64,000 nt of DNA from an uncultured Gammaproteobacteria bacterium (GTDB lineage Bacteria > Pseudomonadota > Gammaproteobacteria > Xanthomonadales > SZUA-38), in the NCBI GenBank assembly GCA_964559945.1, contig CAZLJY010000003.1:5209-69208 (forward strand), written 5' to 3'. How positions within the stretch are numbered: position 1 is the stretch's first letter; each line of letters starts with the position of its first letter. Shown here piece by piece: positions 1 to 9,635 of this stretch. The notes below the pieces were generated by a model that did not search any database, was not told the DNA's origin, and worked only from the letters and a program-made list of their open reading frames with translations. The translations under genes and the position numbers were made by a program.

Positions 1-2
1 AA

Positions 3-3000
3 TCGGGCAACGAGCTAGACAGTGAATCGTTACAAGATTTTTTTTCACCCTTGTCACCTCCGACATTCACCTTCGATCCGAAAGTCCTGTTCGACCAATT
101 TGAAAATCGTTTCGTCCTCATCACTTTGGAGCGGGAAGATGTTGCTGAGGGTGCCAGCGACAACGCGTCACGAATCCTTGTTGCGGTAAGCGATACGGAC
201 GACCCCACCGGGTCCTGGTCAGTGACTGACATTGACGGCTTGGAAGTCATTGCTGGGCAGGAGCACTGGGTGGATTTTCCGGGCTTGGCCATTGATGAAG
301 AAGCGGTCTACATCACCGCCAATATGTTTCAATTTTTTGACCAATCCGATGGCGGGTCCTTTGGTGGCGCGCGCGTCTGGATTGTGGACAAAGGCGTCAA
401 CAATGGACTGTATGATGGCGACGACGCAGACGTTGACCGCTTCAACCCTTTTACTAGCGGAACCACAGCAGCGGGCACTCACCAACCCGCTCATATCCTG
501 GGCGCACCACCGCCAGGCAATACCGGTACCTGGATGGTGCTGGCCAGCGGCTTGGGCAGCGGCAACGATCTGGAAGCCCAGGTGGTGAGAATCGACAATC
601 CGCTAGCCAACTCCCCGACCTTCAATTTTGATTTTGTATCCCTAGGAAATATCGATCAAAACCGATTTGACGAACTGGGCAACCTTCCACAAAGTGGCAG
701 CACCTTGGATCCGGACGCTGGCGACCGACGAACACTGGACGCGGTCTGGCGTGATAACTCGTTGTATTTTACTTCGGCCGTCCGCGCTCGAACCGGACCT
801 GACGCGGGAGAAAACACCGCGATTTGGGCTCAGATCAATACCCAGCAAAGCGATGACTTGGTGCAATTGGGTTTTCTGGGTGGAGAGGATATCGATGGCG
901 ATACAGAAACCGCTTATGGTGCGGTTTCCGTGAACGCCGACGGCGTTATTGCCTTAGGTTTCACCAGTGCCAACGACAGCACATTTCTTAGTTCCCATTA
1001 TGCGCTGCATGTACCCGGCGACAGCAGCGGTAGCAACCGTGGTAGCGAATTGATCCGGGAAGGCGAAGACCCTTTTGAGCTCACTTTCGGCGCCAGCGAG
1101 GTTCGCTGGGGAGATTACTCATCGGTAGCCCTGGACCCCAACGGCGTATGTTTCTGGGTGTATAACAAGCACGCCATTGACCAGGGCGGATCACCCATAG
1201 GCGGTGAAGACGGTCGTTGGGGTACCGCGGTTGCGGAAGTTTGCTTGAACCAGGCCCCTACCCCCTTAGCCGACGCGTTAACTGTGGCTGAAGGTGATGA
1301 TGTGAATCGCACCGATGAAGGCGACGATTCGTTGCTAGACAACGACAGCGACCCGGACGGTGATTCACTGGATATCAATCGCACACCGACAACCCTTCCA
1401 GGGGTCGGCACAGTCAGCATTTCGGGCAGCGGCACATTCACCTATACCCACGATGGTAGTGATTCCAGCAACGACCTGTTTCGCTATGAAGTGTGTGATA
1501 ACGGGGAACCGGAGCGTTGCGCTGAGGCCCAGGTCAATGTGGTGATTACCGAGGTCAATGACCCACCGATAGCGAGCGATGACAGCATCGCCAATTTTAC
1601 CGAGGATGACGAGGACACCATTAGCATTGCTGATTTACTGAGTAATGATGATGTAGGCGATGTTGGCACCGGGCAATCGTTGGATATTACTGAGGTGGAT
1701 AACGAGGTGGGTGGAACTGCCCGTGTCCTATCTTCCAGCATTCGCTTTACCCCAGACGACGATTTTTTCGGTCAAGCCAGTTTTCGCTATACCGCTGAAG
1801 ATGACGGCACCACCGATGGCAGCGATGACCCTCTTACCGACACCGCTACCGTGACCTTTATCATCACCGAGATCAACGATGACCCGATTGCCATCGATGA
1901 CCCCATCGATGACATATTGGAGGACACGGTCTACATGATTCCTACGGCACTACTACTGGCCAACGACAGCGCCGGGCCCGCCAACGAATCCAACCAGGCC
2001 TTAGTTATTGATAGTGTTAACAATGATATCGGCGGGAACGTGTCGTTGGATGGCGACATGGTGGTGTTTACCCCTACCAGTGAATTTTCCGGCAACGCCC
2101 GTTTTGATTATCGGATTGAAGACAACGGAACCACTAACGGCGCCGAGGATTTTCTCGACGACGTCGGACGGGCAACCTTCCGCATTATCGAGGTCAACGA
2201 CCCACCCATAGCCGTCACTGATAACTTGCCAGATGTGGAGGAAGACAGCGCGGAAATCAGAATTCCCATTGATGATCTGCTGAGCAATGACAGCGAAGGG
2301 GCCAGCAATGAGTTTACCCAGCAACTAACGCTCACCGAAGTATCCAACCCTATCGGCGGCACTGTCATGCTGGACGGCGATGACGTAGTGTTCACGCTAA
2401 CGCCACAATTCAGCGGCCCCGCCGGGTTCAACTACACCCTGGTTGACGATGGGGAAACCGACGGCCAGCCGGACCCTCAATCGGCAATTGGCATGGTGAC
2501 CTTTAGCATCGTCGGCGATAATGATCCGCCGCTGGCTTTAGCTGACACGATCACGGTAGCCCGAGGTCAACAGGCGGTGATTCTAAGTAGCGGCGCCGTT
2601 AGCCTAACTGACAACGACACAGACCCGGAGAACACCGCCCTTTCCGTGTCTCCAGCACCGATCACAGAACCCGCCAACGGTACGGTAAGTCTTGCAAGCA
2701 ACGGAAATTTTATCTACCAGCATAACGGGTTAGATCTAACCAACGACTCGTTCCAATATGAGGTTTGCGATGAGGGCTCTCCCATCTTATGCGCATCCGC
2801 GCAGGTGACGGTCAATGTGATCGAAATCCCATTCGCTCGCTGCACTGCCACTGGCTCACGAGTAGTGGTGGGGCTGCTGGCCGGGTTATCCAGTGCAGAT
2901 CTGTTCTCTTCGACCCAAGGCGATTTTACCGCAACTGGCCTGCCAAACTCTTTCAGTATTGATGCCGATAGCGGTGTCATTTCCGGCACCCCAACCAGTA

Positions 3001-3128
3001 ATGATCTTAGCGGTTCGCCGTATAACATTAGAATCACCAACAACGGTGTGATCCGACAACTGACATTGACCGTTGATGCATCAACCGATGCTTTGTTTTT
3101 CAGTGGCATAGAAAATGATTGTCTGTAG
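3..3128 (+). CDS. Large secreted repeat adhesin-like protein, 5' partial (cadherin-like / tandem ~106-aa repeats plus C-terminal putative Ig-like segment)
   Basis: The frame is open from nt 3 to the caller's TTG at 51 (no in-frame stop), so the gene most likely continues off the left edge. Residues ~400-915 hold acidic repeats, each ending in (V/I/D)ND(P/D)P, e.g. VNDPPIASDD, INDDPIAIDD, VNDPPIAVTD, DNDPPLALAD. Two flanking domains carry a conserved Cys pair (YEVCDNGEPERCAEAQV and YEVCDEGSPILCASAQV). The C-terminus has GLPNSFSIDADSGVISGTPT, typical of putative Ig (He_PIG-like) domains. Confidence 0.7.
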   Translation, partial: SGNELDSESLQDFFSPLSPPTFTFDPKVLFDQFENRFVLITLEREDVAEGASDNASRILVAVSDTDDPTGSWSVTDIDGLEVIAGQEHWVDFPGLAIDEEAVYITANMFQFFDQSDGGSFGGARVWIVDKGVNNGLYDGDDADVDRFNPFTSGTTAAGTHQPAHILGAPPPGNTGTWMVLASGLGSGNDLEAQVVRIDNPLANSPTFNFDFVSLGNIDQNRFDELGNLPQSGSTLDPDAGDRRTLDAVWRDNSLYFTSAVRARTGPDAGENTAIWAQINTQQSDDLVQLGFLGGEDIDGDTETAYGAVSVNADGVIALGFTSANDSTFLSSHYALHVPGDSSGSNRGSELIREGEDPFELTFGASEVRWGDYSSVALDPNGVCFWVYNKHAIDQGGSPIGGEDGRWGTAVAEVCLNQAPTPLADALTVAEGDDVNRTDEGDDSLLDNDSDPDGDSLDINRTPTTLPGVGTVSISGSGTFTYTHDGSDSSNDLFRYEVCDNGEPERCAEAQVNVVITEVNDPPIASDDSIANFTEDDEDTISIADLLSNDDVGDVGTGQSLDITEVDNEVGGTARVLSSSIRFTPDDDFFGQASFRYTAEDDGTTDGSDDPLTDTATVTFIITEINDDPIAIDDPIDDILEDTVYMIPTALLLANDSAGPANESNQALVIDSVNNDIGGNVSLDGDMVVFTPTSEFSGNARFDYRIEDNGTTNGAEDFLDDVGRATFRIIEVNDPPIAVTDNLPDVEEDSAEIRIPIDDLLSNDSEGASNEFTQQLTLTEVSNPIGGTVMLDGDDVVFTLTPQFSGPAGFNYTLVDDGETDGQPDPQSAIGMVTFSIVGDNDPPLALADTITVARGQQAVILSSGAVSLTDNDTDPENTALSVSPAPITEPANGTVSLASNGNFIYQHNGLDLTNDSFQYEVCDEGSPILCASAQVTVNVIEIPFARCTATGSRVVVGLLAGLSSADLFSSTQGDFTATGLPNSFSIDADSGVISGTPTSNDLSGSPYNIRITNNGVIRQLTLTVDASTDALFFSGIENDCL
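1554..2531 (+). repeat. Three tandem in-frame coding repeats (~318-324 bp each) inside the adhesin gene
   Basis: The NDPP/NDDP-encoding motif recurs at nt 1554, 1872, 2193 and 2517 (periods 318, 321, 324 bp). The repeat bodies share ...LLSNDS/LLANDS...GG(T/N)(A/V)...F(T/R)P...F(S/F)G.A.F.Y...DDG(T/E)TDG. Confidence 0.8.
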
Positions 3129-3284
3129 TTTTCGCTCCATGCTCTGACACAGTTTTAGGGTTGGTACAAAAGACCGAGGTCCAACATGAAGCGCGACTAA
3201 GCTCGCTGGCTACTTGCTTTGGATCTGTTAAGAATTTCCCCCACTGGCCGATAGTTGTCCGAATCACAGGTGGGATGGAAAACC

Positions 3285-3617
3285 ATGGACGACTTGCAAC
3301 TGGAATCTCTAACCACCGTTAAGGACTTATCCTCCTATCAACGCGCACAGCTTCTGGACAACGGCAAGCGCTCAGTGATCCCTAAAGGGACAGTGCTTGA
3401 GCCCTTCGACGAACGCAATTGGTATCTGCACCTGATTGATGGTCGCATTAAATTTTATCCCGGTGAGGGTAAGGCGTTTACCTTCGATGATTCCCATGAG
3501 CGTGCCCTTGAGCCTGTCTTCAGCCATGTCACGGGAAAACAGTCAGCGAAGTTCACCAAAGATTCATTAGTGATTCGGTTTGACCGAAAACAAGTCCAGC
3601 AAACCACCCAGACCTGA
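3285..3617 (+). CDS. Small cyclic-nucleotide-binding-like (beta-barrel) domain protein; may be the N-terminal part of the downstream HDOD protein
   Basis: The ORF runs 3255..3617 and the first ATG is at 3285 (MDDLQLESL...). The segment IPKGTVLEPFDERNWYLHLIDGRIKFYPGEGKAFTF resembles the cNMP-binding beta-roll. It ends at TGA 3615-3617, which is in the same frame as the next ORF. Confidence 0.45.
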   Translation: MDDLQLESLTTVKDLSSYQRAQLLDNGKRSVIPKGTVLEPFDERNWYLHLIDGRIKFYPGEGKAFTFDDSHERALEPVFSHVTGKQSAKFTKDSLVIRFDRKQVQQTTQT

Positions 3618-3641
3618 GACCAACAGGTTGCAGTCCATGAC

Positions 3642-4481
3642 GTGCAAATTACGGAGGTGGGGGCTGGGGTCTTGCGATCACTATTTGAGGATTTTCATTC
3701 CGGTGCCATCAACGTGCCGGCCATGCCAGCGATTGCAGTAAGAGTGCGCGCGCTCATCGATGAGGACGAAACCTCTGCCAAAAAAGTCGCGGAGATGATC
3801 GAACAAGATCCTTCGCTAGCGGGAAAAATGATCGCTACGGCCAATTCAGCATTGATCCGGGGCCGCACAGAAATCGTCTCTGTTGACGATGCCCTGTCTC
3901 GAATGGGTTTGTCACGGGCGGTTAGTCTAGTGATATCGGCTGCGGTCCAACAGATGTTCATTTTCCGCTCTCGGTCTTTATTTTCAGTGGGCTCAAAAAT
4001 TTGGGCTACCGCCACTCAGGTTGCGGCCACCTGTCGGGTGTTGGCCCAACATATGGACCATCCGGGAATAGATGGGGAAAAAGCCTTTATGGTTGGACTT
4101 TTGCACAATGTTGGGGCGGTGGCGGTTTTGGGATACTTAGAAAATGCGGATCTGGAACTTCCCGAGTCCGCCGTGCTTCAAACCTTGCACAATTTATGCG
4201 CCGTGAGCACAACGCTGGTACTCAACAAATGGCAGATGGACGATGATTTTCTCGTCGCCGGAGAAGACGCGGAAACTGAGCAAAGTCGCGCCAACCCCTA
4301 TTTCCCGCTGCTGGAATTGGCCATTGCTCAGGTGCAACTTAACAAGCAGAAAGAACCCCCAGGCGAGGGTTCTACGCTTGCTGGATTGTCCATGCTCGGT
4401 GAACATGGGACCTTAGATCAGGACGGCCGACTAGAGATCTTAAAGGATCACCCTGAGCTGAAAAACACCAGCAAAAAATAA
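3642..4481 (+). CDS. HDOD domain-containing signalling protein
   Basis: LPAMPAIAVRVRALIDEDETSAKKVAEMIEQDPSLAGKMIATANSALIRG...DALSRMGLSRAVSLV is the canonical start of an HDOD domain. The start codon is uncertain: GTG 3642, GTG 3657 or TTG 3672, with GGAGG at 3653-3657. Confidence 0.8.
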   Translation: MQITEVGAGVLRSLFEDFHSGAINVPAMPAIAVRVRALIDEDETSAKKVAEMIEQDPSLAGKMIATANSALIRGRTEIVSVDDALSRMGLSRAVSLVISAAVQQMFIFRSRSLFSVGSKIWATATQVAATCRVLAQHMDHPGIDGEKAFMVGLLHNVGAVAVLGYLENADLELPESAVLQTLHNLCAVSTTLVLNKWQMDDDFLVAGEDAETEQSRANPYFPLLELAIAQVQLNKQKEPPGEGSTLAGLSMLGEHGTLDQDGRLEILKDHPELKNTSKK

Positions 4482-4513
4482 CACCCGAACTTTCGGCAAC
4501 CACCCAGCCAGAG

Positions 4514-5182
4514 CTATACAGAGATATAGCGGGTGGGGTCTGGCTGGCCTGCGGAGGTAAAACCGTCCGCTCGAAGGCGACAGGAATCACAAACTCGGCA
4601 AGCGTCGCCAGTGTCAGAGGGTTGGTAGCAGGAAATGGTTTCGGCGTAGGGCACACCGAGTTTGACCCCTTCGTTGATGATCTCAGCTTTGCTTAAGGCT
4701 TCCAAAGGGGTCTGGATCCGCATCGGCTGGCCTTCGACGCCAGCTTTGGTCGCCAATGTCGCCAGGGCAGCAAACGCGCTAATGAATTCCGGCCGGCAAT
4801 CCGGGTACCCTGAATAATCCACAGCATTAACGCCGATAAAAATATCCCGGGCTTCCAGCACCTCAGCCAGTCCAAGAGCCGTCGACAACATGATGGTGTT
4901 GCGTGCCGGCACGTACGTCACGGGAATACCGTCTGAGGGAGATTCGGGTACGTCGATATCGTCGGTCAATGCGGAACCCCCGATGGCTCGCAGGTCGATA
5001 TTTACCACTCGGTGACTAGCCGCTCCTAGGGCTTCGGCCAAGCGTTTTGCCGCAGTGAGTTCAACGCTGTGGCGCTGGCCGTAGTTGACACTCAGCGCGT
5101 GGCATTCGAACCCTTTGGCCTTCGCCATCGCCAACACTGTGGCTGAGTCCAGCCCACCGGAAAGTAACACCACTGCTTTCAT
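4514..5182 (-). CDS. queC: 7-cyano-7-deazaguanine synthase
   Basis: [17 protein letters not shown]...[10 protein letters not shown]-loop motif and a C-terminal CxxCxxC cluster ([10 protein letters not shown]). ATG 5182 overlaps the queE stop (ATGA). The caller's 5203 start is a 5' extension. Confidence 0.93.
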   Translation of the reverse strand: MKAVVLLSGGLDSATVLAMAKAKGFECHALSVNYGQRHSVELTAAKRLAEALGAASHRVVNIDLRAIGGSALTDDIDVPESPSDGIPVTYVPARNTIMLSTALGLAEVLEARDIFIGVNAVDYSGYPDCRPEFISAFAALATLATKAGVEGQPMRIQTPLEALSKAEIINEGVKLGVPYAETISCYQPSDTGDACRVCDSCRLRADGFTSAGQPDPTRYISV

Positions 5183-5865
5183 TTGCCGCGCTCGTCGCCC
5201 CACAAAATTTTGTGCAATTGCGGCTGCAGGCGCACATTAAGGCGATCTTTAAGGATCCAGTCGGCCAGTTCCGTTAGGTCTTGTTCTTCAAAACTGGGCG
5301 AAAACAGAATCTCCAAACCTTCAGGCAGCGGGTTGGCGTTCAGGATGGAACAGGCCCATTCGTAATCACCCCGGTTACAGATCACAAATTTGAGCTGATC
5401 ATTGGTCGTCATCTGTTCAAGGTTAGACCACAGATTGCGGTGGCTTTCCCCTGAGGTCGGCGTTTTAAGATCCAGCACTCGGCTGACCCGCGAATCTACC
5501 TCGCTGATGTCCAGCGCGCCGCTGGTTTCCAGCGATACCTGGTAACCCGCATCGCAGAGTCGGGTCAATAAATGCACGCAACGTTTTTGCGCCAGCGGTT
5601 CCCCGCCGGTCACGGTGATGCACCCGGCCTTGTATTGCTCTACCTCTGCCATGATGGCATCAAAGGTGAACCAATCGCCGCCATGGAAGGCATAGGCCGT
5701 GTCACAGTAGGTGCAACGCAGTGGACAGCCGGTGAGACGGATAAACACCGTGGGTTTGCCAAATGTGCGGGACTCACCCTGGATGGAGTAGAAAATTTCT
5801 GTCAGTTTGAGTTGGTCGGTGCGCGGAATCGCTCCGGCCTCAGCGCTGGCGGCAATGGCTGTCAT
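5179..5865 (-). CDS. queE: 7-carboxy-7-deazaguanine synthase (radical SAM)
   Basis: IFYSIQGES...[16 protein letters not shown] radical-SAM CxxxCxxC motif. Its length and its position next to queC both fit. Confidence 0.9.
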   Translation of the reverse strand: MTAIAASAEAGAIPRTDQLKLTEIFYSIQGESRTFGKPTVFIRLTGCPLRCTYCDTAYAFHGGDWFTFDAIMAEVEQYKAGCITVTGGEPLAQKRCVHLLTRLCDAGYQVSLETSGALDISEVDSRVSRVLDLKTPTSGESHRNLWSNLEQMTTNDQLKFVICNRGDYEWACSILNANPLPEGLEILFSPSFEEQDLTELADWILKDRLNVRLQPQLHKILWGDERGK

Positions 5866-5909
5866 GGCAAGTCAATACGCCGAAAAATGCGCCAGAGCAA
5901 CAAGCCCCG

Positions 5910-6860
5910 TTAACGGATGTGACCTTCGATGCGCATGGTACGCAGTCGGTTTTCTGCCAGCCTGGCCACCGTCGTGTTGGGGAATTTTTGCAACACTTGA
6001 TTGAGATTTCGCTCAGCCTCATCCCACTGTTTCAGCTCGTAGTAGGTAAACGCTAGCTTCAGCGTCGCGTCCTGGGCTTTGCTACTGTTGGGAAACTTTG
6101 ATGTCAGGGATTGAAACGCATCCAGTGCAACCCGGTAATTACCAGTAACGTAATAGGATTCAGCCAACCAATACTGGGCATTGTCTGCATATTCGCCGTC
6201 AGGAAAGGCTTTTAAAAACTCATCAAAACGCCGCGCAGATTCTGCATACCGACCTTGCTTGAGGGCATCAAAAGCAACATCGTAGGCAGCTTTCTCGGCC
6301 GCCGGATTGACCACCGCCGCGACCGCTTGATTGGGGTCGGCGCCCAGCCCGCTGGTTTGCAATCCTGCATCAATGGGTGCTCGCACCTCAGGGCGCTCAG
6401 ACGAGACGGGTGACCCTTGCGTGTTAGAAGCCCCCAGGTTATTTCCACCGTTGCCCACAACGGTTGTGGGAACCGGCGGCTGGTAGGTTCGAACGTTACT
6501 GCCACCAGCCTGGGTCCCTGCTACTGGATTTCCGACCTGGGACACATCGCTCAAGCGACGATCCAAGTCTAGATATTGATCTTGTTGCTGGGTCTTAATT
6601 TGATCAAGCTCAAAAGACTGGTTTTCCACCAAGCCCCGCAAACTTTGGACCTCGCTTTGCAGATCGTCCAAGCGCAGCAGCAGATCGGACAATGTTCGCT
6701 GGGTTTCCTGGTCACCAGAGCTGGCTGCTTGTTGTTCGAGCCTAGCGACTCGCTCAGCCAAGGTTTCTCTGGCCCGCTGGGCCGATGCAGGCAACACAAA
6801 AACAACGGCAGCCAGAGCGGCTGCCGTCAATGTGACGCTTTTTGAGCTTCGTATCATCAT
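5910..6860 (-). CDS. cpoB: Tol-Pal system protein YbgF/CpoB (coiled coil plus TPR)
   Basis: Signal peptide MMIRSSKSVTLTAAALAAVVFVLPASA, an N-terminal coiled coil and C-terminal TPR repeats (YDVAFDALKQGRYAESARRF..., NAQYWLAESYY...). ATG 6860 overlaps the pal stop. It is the last gene of the tol-pal cluster. Confidence 0.9.
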   Translation of the reverse strand: MMIRSSKSVTLTAAALAAVVFVLPASAQRARETLAERVARLEQQAASSGDQETQRTLSDLLLRLDDLQSEVQSLRGLVENQSFELDQIKTQQQDQYLDLDRRLSDVSQVGNPVAGTQAGGSNVRTYQPPVPTTVVGNGGNNLGASNTQGSPVSSERPEVRAPIDAGLQTSGLGADPNQAVAAVVNPAAEKAAYDVAFDALKQGRYAESARRFDEFLKAFPDGEYADNAQYWLAESYYVTGNYRVALDAFQSLTSKFPNSSKAQDATLKLAFTYYELKQWDEAERNLNQVLQKFPNTTVARLAENRLRTMRIEGHIR

Positions 6861-7405
6861 TGGGTTGAGGTGTAGACAATCTCCACCCGACGATTCTGAC
6901 CCCAGCAACGCTCGGCGCTGCAATTGTTAGCTGGGCGTTCTTCGCCGTAGGACACCACCGACAACTGAGAGGCGCTGGCGCCCTGAGCATCAATGAGATC
7001 TGAGACCGAGTTGCCACGGCTTTCACCTAGGCCCAGGTTGTATTCCCGGGTGCCGCGCTCATCGGCATGGCCTTCCAATGTGATACGGGCACCGCCGTTA
7101 GCACCCAGATAGGTGGCGTGGGCGGCAATAACATCGCGATATTCCTGCTTAATGCGGGATTGATCGAAGTCAAAATAGATCACCCGCGTTGACAACAAGC
7201 TTCTCGGGTTAGTTAAGTTTTCCACTCTCGTGTAGTCGTCATCACGTGTTGAGGACGAAGTCACGGCCGGCGTGTTGTTGGTACTGCTGCTACTTCCGCT
7301 GCTCCTAGGCGTTGGATCTACTTCCGGTTGCTTTTGTTTTCCGCTACAGGCTGCAAGTGCAGCACAAACCGTCACCAGCATGGTGAAACGGGTCAGATTC
7401 TTCAT
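6857..7405 (-). CDS. pal: Peptidoglycan-associated lipoprotein (OmpA family)
   Basis: Lipobox LAACSG and an OmpA-like C-terminus (VIYFDFDQSRI...LEGHADERGTREYNLGLGERR-like...NRRVEI). Confidence 0.95.
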   Translation of the reverse strand: MKNLTRFTMLVTVCAALAACSGKQKQPEVDPTPRSSGSSSSTNNTPAVTSSSTRDDDYTRVENLTNPRSLLSTRVIYFDFDQSRIKQEYRDVIAAHATYLGANGGARITLEGHADERGTREYNLGLGESRGNSVSDLIDAQGASASQLSVVSYGEERPANNCSAERCWGQNRRVEIVYTSTQ

Positions 7406-7436
7406 CGTCTAACTCCCAAGTACATTAGTCGGCGCG

Positions 7437-8771
7437 TTACTGTCGTATTGGCGACCACGCCGGCTCCCGGATGTCGCCGTCCGCAAATATCAACTGGTGA
7501 GCGGTTTGTCCTGCAGCCGCTGCACCAAAGATCGGAACCGCGGATAATACACCCTGCGACCCCCGTCTTGAAGCGTAAAGCACCATTCTTCCGTTTGGTG
7601 CAAAGCTGGGTGACTCATCAAGCGGACCGTCCGATATGGTCCTTAAGAGATTTCGTTCCATGTCCAGCAACGCAATTTTATAGTTATTGTCGTTTCCATG
7701 CACCAACACTAACTGGCTACCATCGGGTGACATGGACGCTCGGGCATTGTACTCGCCCTGGCGAGTTACCCGCTCAGGCTTCGCCCCAGACCGGGCTTCT
7801 ACCTGGTAAATTTGGGGCCGACCGCCACGGTCGGACGTAAACAACACGTATTTGCCGTCAGCACTCCAGGCAGGTTCCGTATCAATCCCAAAATGCTGGG
7901 TCAACTGTATCGTGCGCCGAGTGGCCAGATCCATGACGTAGATCTCAAGATTGCCGCTTCTGGACAGTGCCAGGGCTAATTTTCGGCCATCAGGAGAAAA
8001 AGCGGGCGCTCCATTGATGCCCTTAAAGCTCGATACCAGCTGGCGCTGGCCTGATGCCAATTCCTGGGTATATATCGACGAATTGCCCTTTTCGAAGGAC
8101 ACGTAGGCCACGGTTTTGCCATCGGGCGCCCAGGTCGGCGACAGCAGAGGCTCTTTTGAGCGCACCACAGGCTGTGGTCCGTAGCCATCAGCGTCAGCAA
8201 CCATCAAGGAAAATTCTGTTGAGTCCCCCTCGCCGCTGCGGGTCACGTAGACCAGTCGAGTGCGGAAAAAACCCGGCACATCCAGCAATTTTTCATACAC
8301 GGTGTCAGCGATATGGTGGGACGCGTAGCGAAGCCCCCCGGCCCGGGCAGTGAATTCCAGGCTCAACAAGGCATCGCCGGTGGTCACGTTTAACAGGTGC
8401 ATCCGAATCCGGTAACCCAACGCGTCACCACCGGTCACCTCACCGATAACAATGTAATCCACGTTTAGGCGCCGCCAGGTGCCGTAATTCACATCAGCAA
8501 TTCGGCTGGGACGTTCAATCATGTCTTGCATGGGCAGGGCGCGAAACTGGCCACTGCGAGAAAGATCGTCAGTCACCACCTTGGTCACGTCGGCTTCGCC
8601 AATGGCCGTTTCTGCATTCCAGGCAAACGGCACAACAGCAATGGGCACCGCCGACTCGCCGGACGGGGTAATCACAATGACCACGTCGTCCTGGGACTGG
8701 GCAGGGGCCAACACAAACAGCGCAAGGGCCGCCAGCAGGCTCGTTAGCCATTGTTTACGCAATAAGGTCAT
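7437..8771 (-). CDS. tolB: Tol-Pal system beta-propeller protein TolB
   Basis: Signal peptide, then repeated P.WSPDG / P.FSPDG / P.WSADG beta-propeller motifs. Located between tolA and pal. Confidence 0.95.
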   Translation of the reverse strand: MTLLRKQWLTSLLAALALFVLAPAQSQDDVVIVITPSGESAVPIAVVPFAWNAETAIGEADVTKVVTDDLSRSGQFRALPMQDMIERPSRIADVNYGTWRRLNVDYIVIGEVTGGDALGYRIRMHLLNVTTGDALLSLEFTARAGGLRYASHHIADTVYEKLLDVPGFFRTRLVYVTRSGEGDSTEFSLMVADADGYGPQPVVRSKEPLLSPTWAPDGKTVAYVSFEKGNSSIYTQELASGQRQLVSSFKGINGAPAFSPDGRKLALALSRSGNLEIYVMDLATRRTIQLTQHFGIDTEPAWSADGKYVLFTSDRGGRPQIYQVEARSGAKPERVTRQGEYNARASMSPDGSQLVLVHGNDNNYKIALLDMERNLLRTISDGPLDESPSFAPNGRMVLYASRRGSQGVLSAVPIFGAAAAGQTAHQLIFADGDIREPAWSPIRQ

Positions 8772-8774
8772 ACA

Positions 8775-9635
8775 TCACTCCACCACAAATTCGAAAGTTA
8801 ACTGGCGACGAAACACCCGTTCAAAGCCCTGGTAGGGCAACGGCTCTGAACGCAGTACCGCGTCGACAATTGAGCGTTTGGTTACCTCGTCCACATTGCA
8901 ACCAGGCGCAACTGTGGCGCTAATCACATCACCGCCAGGGAGCTGGCTTACGTTGACCCGGCAGCGTTCACCGGTGCGGGCGGTAGGCGGCTTACGCCAA
9001 TTCTGTCGCACCATAGCGCCGATCAGGCCAACCCACTCTTCCATTTTGGTCATATCTTGATCGTTTTGTCGCTGTTGGTTTTCAATATCCAGCAGCTGTT
9101 GCCGTCGAGCGTCCTCAATGGCGCGCTCTTTGGCCTGGGCGTCGGCTTCACGCTGAGCCTGGATGGCGGCCAAATTTTCCTGCTGCTTTTCCCGTTCAGC
9201 CACCAGTTTCTCCCGCTGAGCCTTAAGATCCGCCTGTTTTTTCGCCAGCTCTTCGTTGCGCTTTCGTTCGTCCGCAAGACGCTGCTGACGGGCATCTTCT
9301 GCCTGTTTTCGCTGGATTTGGGCCTGCTTGACCTTTTCCTGTTCGACTTTTTTGCGCTCAGCTTCAGCTTCGGCGGCGAGCTGGCGATTTTTCTCCTCAC
9401 GACGTCGTGCAGTGGCCGCGTCACGCAATTTCTGAGTGGCCGCCTCTTTCCGCTGTTGTTGGGCCGCTCGTAGAGCACTGGTATCCACCACTACAGCCTG
9501 AATAGCATTGGGAAACTTGGGCTCTATGGTTTCGCTGGTAAAGCGCAGTCCGAACACCATCAGCGCGCCAATCGCCCCATGTAGCAATAACGATTGGGCT
9601 GCCGCTGAACCGTTGTCTAGGACTGCGGTACTCAC
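8775..9635 (-). CDS. tolA: Tol-Pal system protein TolA
   Basis: N-terminal TM helix, a long Lys/Glu/Ala/Gln-rich helical domain, and a C-terminal TolA domain. Located between tolR and tolB. Confidence 0.9.
   Translation of the reverse strand: MSTAVLDNGSAAAQSLLLHGAIGALMVFGLRFTSETIEPKFPNAIQAVVVDTSALRAAQQQRKEAATQKLRDAATARRREEKNRQLAAEAEAERKKVEQEKVKQAQIQRKQAEDARQQRLADERKRNEELAKKQADLKAQREKLVAEREKQQENLAAIQAQREADAQAKERAIEDARRQQLLDIENQQRQNDQDMTKMEEWVGLIGAMVRQNWRKPPTARTGERCRVNVSQLPGGDVISATVAPGCNVDEVTKRSIVDAVLRSEPLPYQGFERVFRRQLTFEFVVE

Noticed and set aside
3615-3680. Selenocysteine (SECIS) recoding of the in-frame TGA between the cNMP-like and HDOD ORFs.
   Set aside because: I found no convincing stem-loop immediately 3' of the TGA, only a 4-bp CAAC/GTTG stem with a 2-nt loop. 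No selenoprotein family context is evident. It is kept only as one low-probability explanation in the finding.
4514-5865. preQ1 riboswitch or an independent promoter for queE-queC.
   Set aside because: queE follows ybgF after a 44-nt gap and queC overlaps queE (ATGA). No preQ1-type hairpin/A-rich tail is visible in the 5866-5909 spacer. The genes appear simply appended to the tol-pal transcription unit, as in many Gammaproteobacteria.
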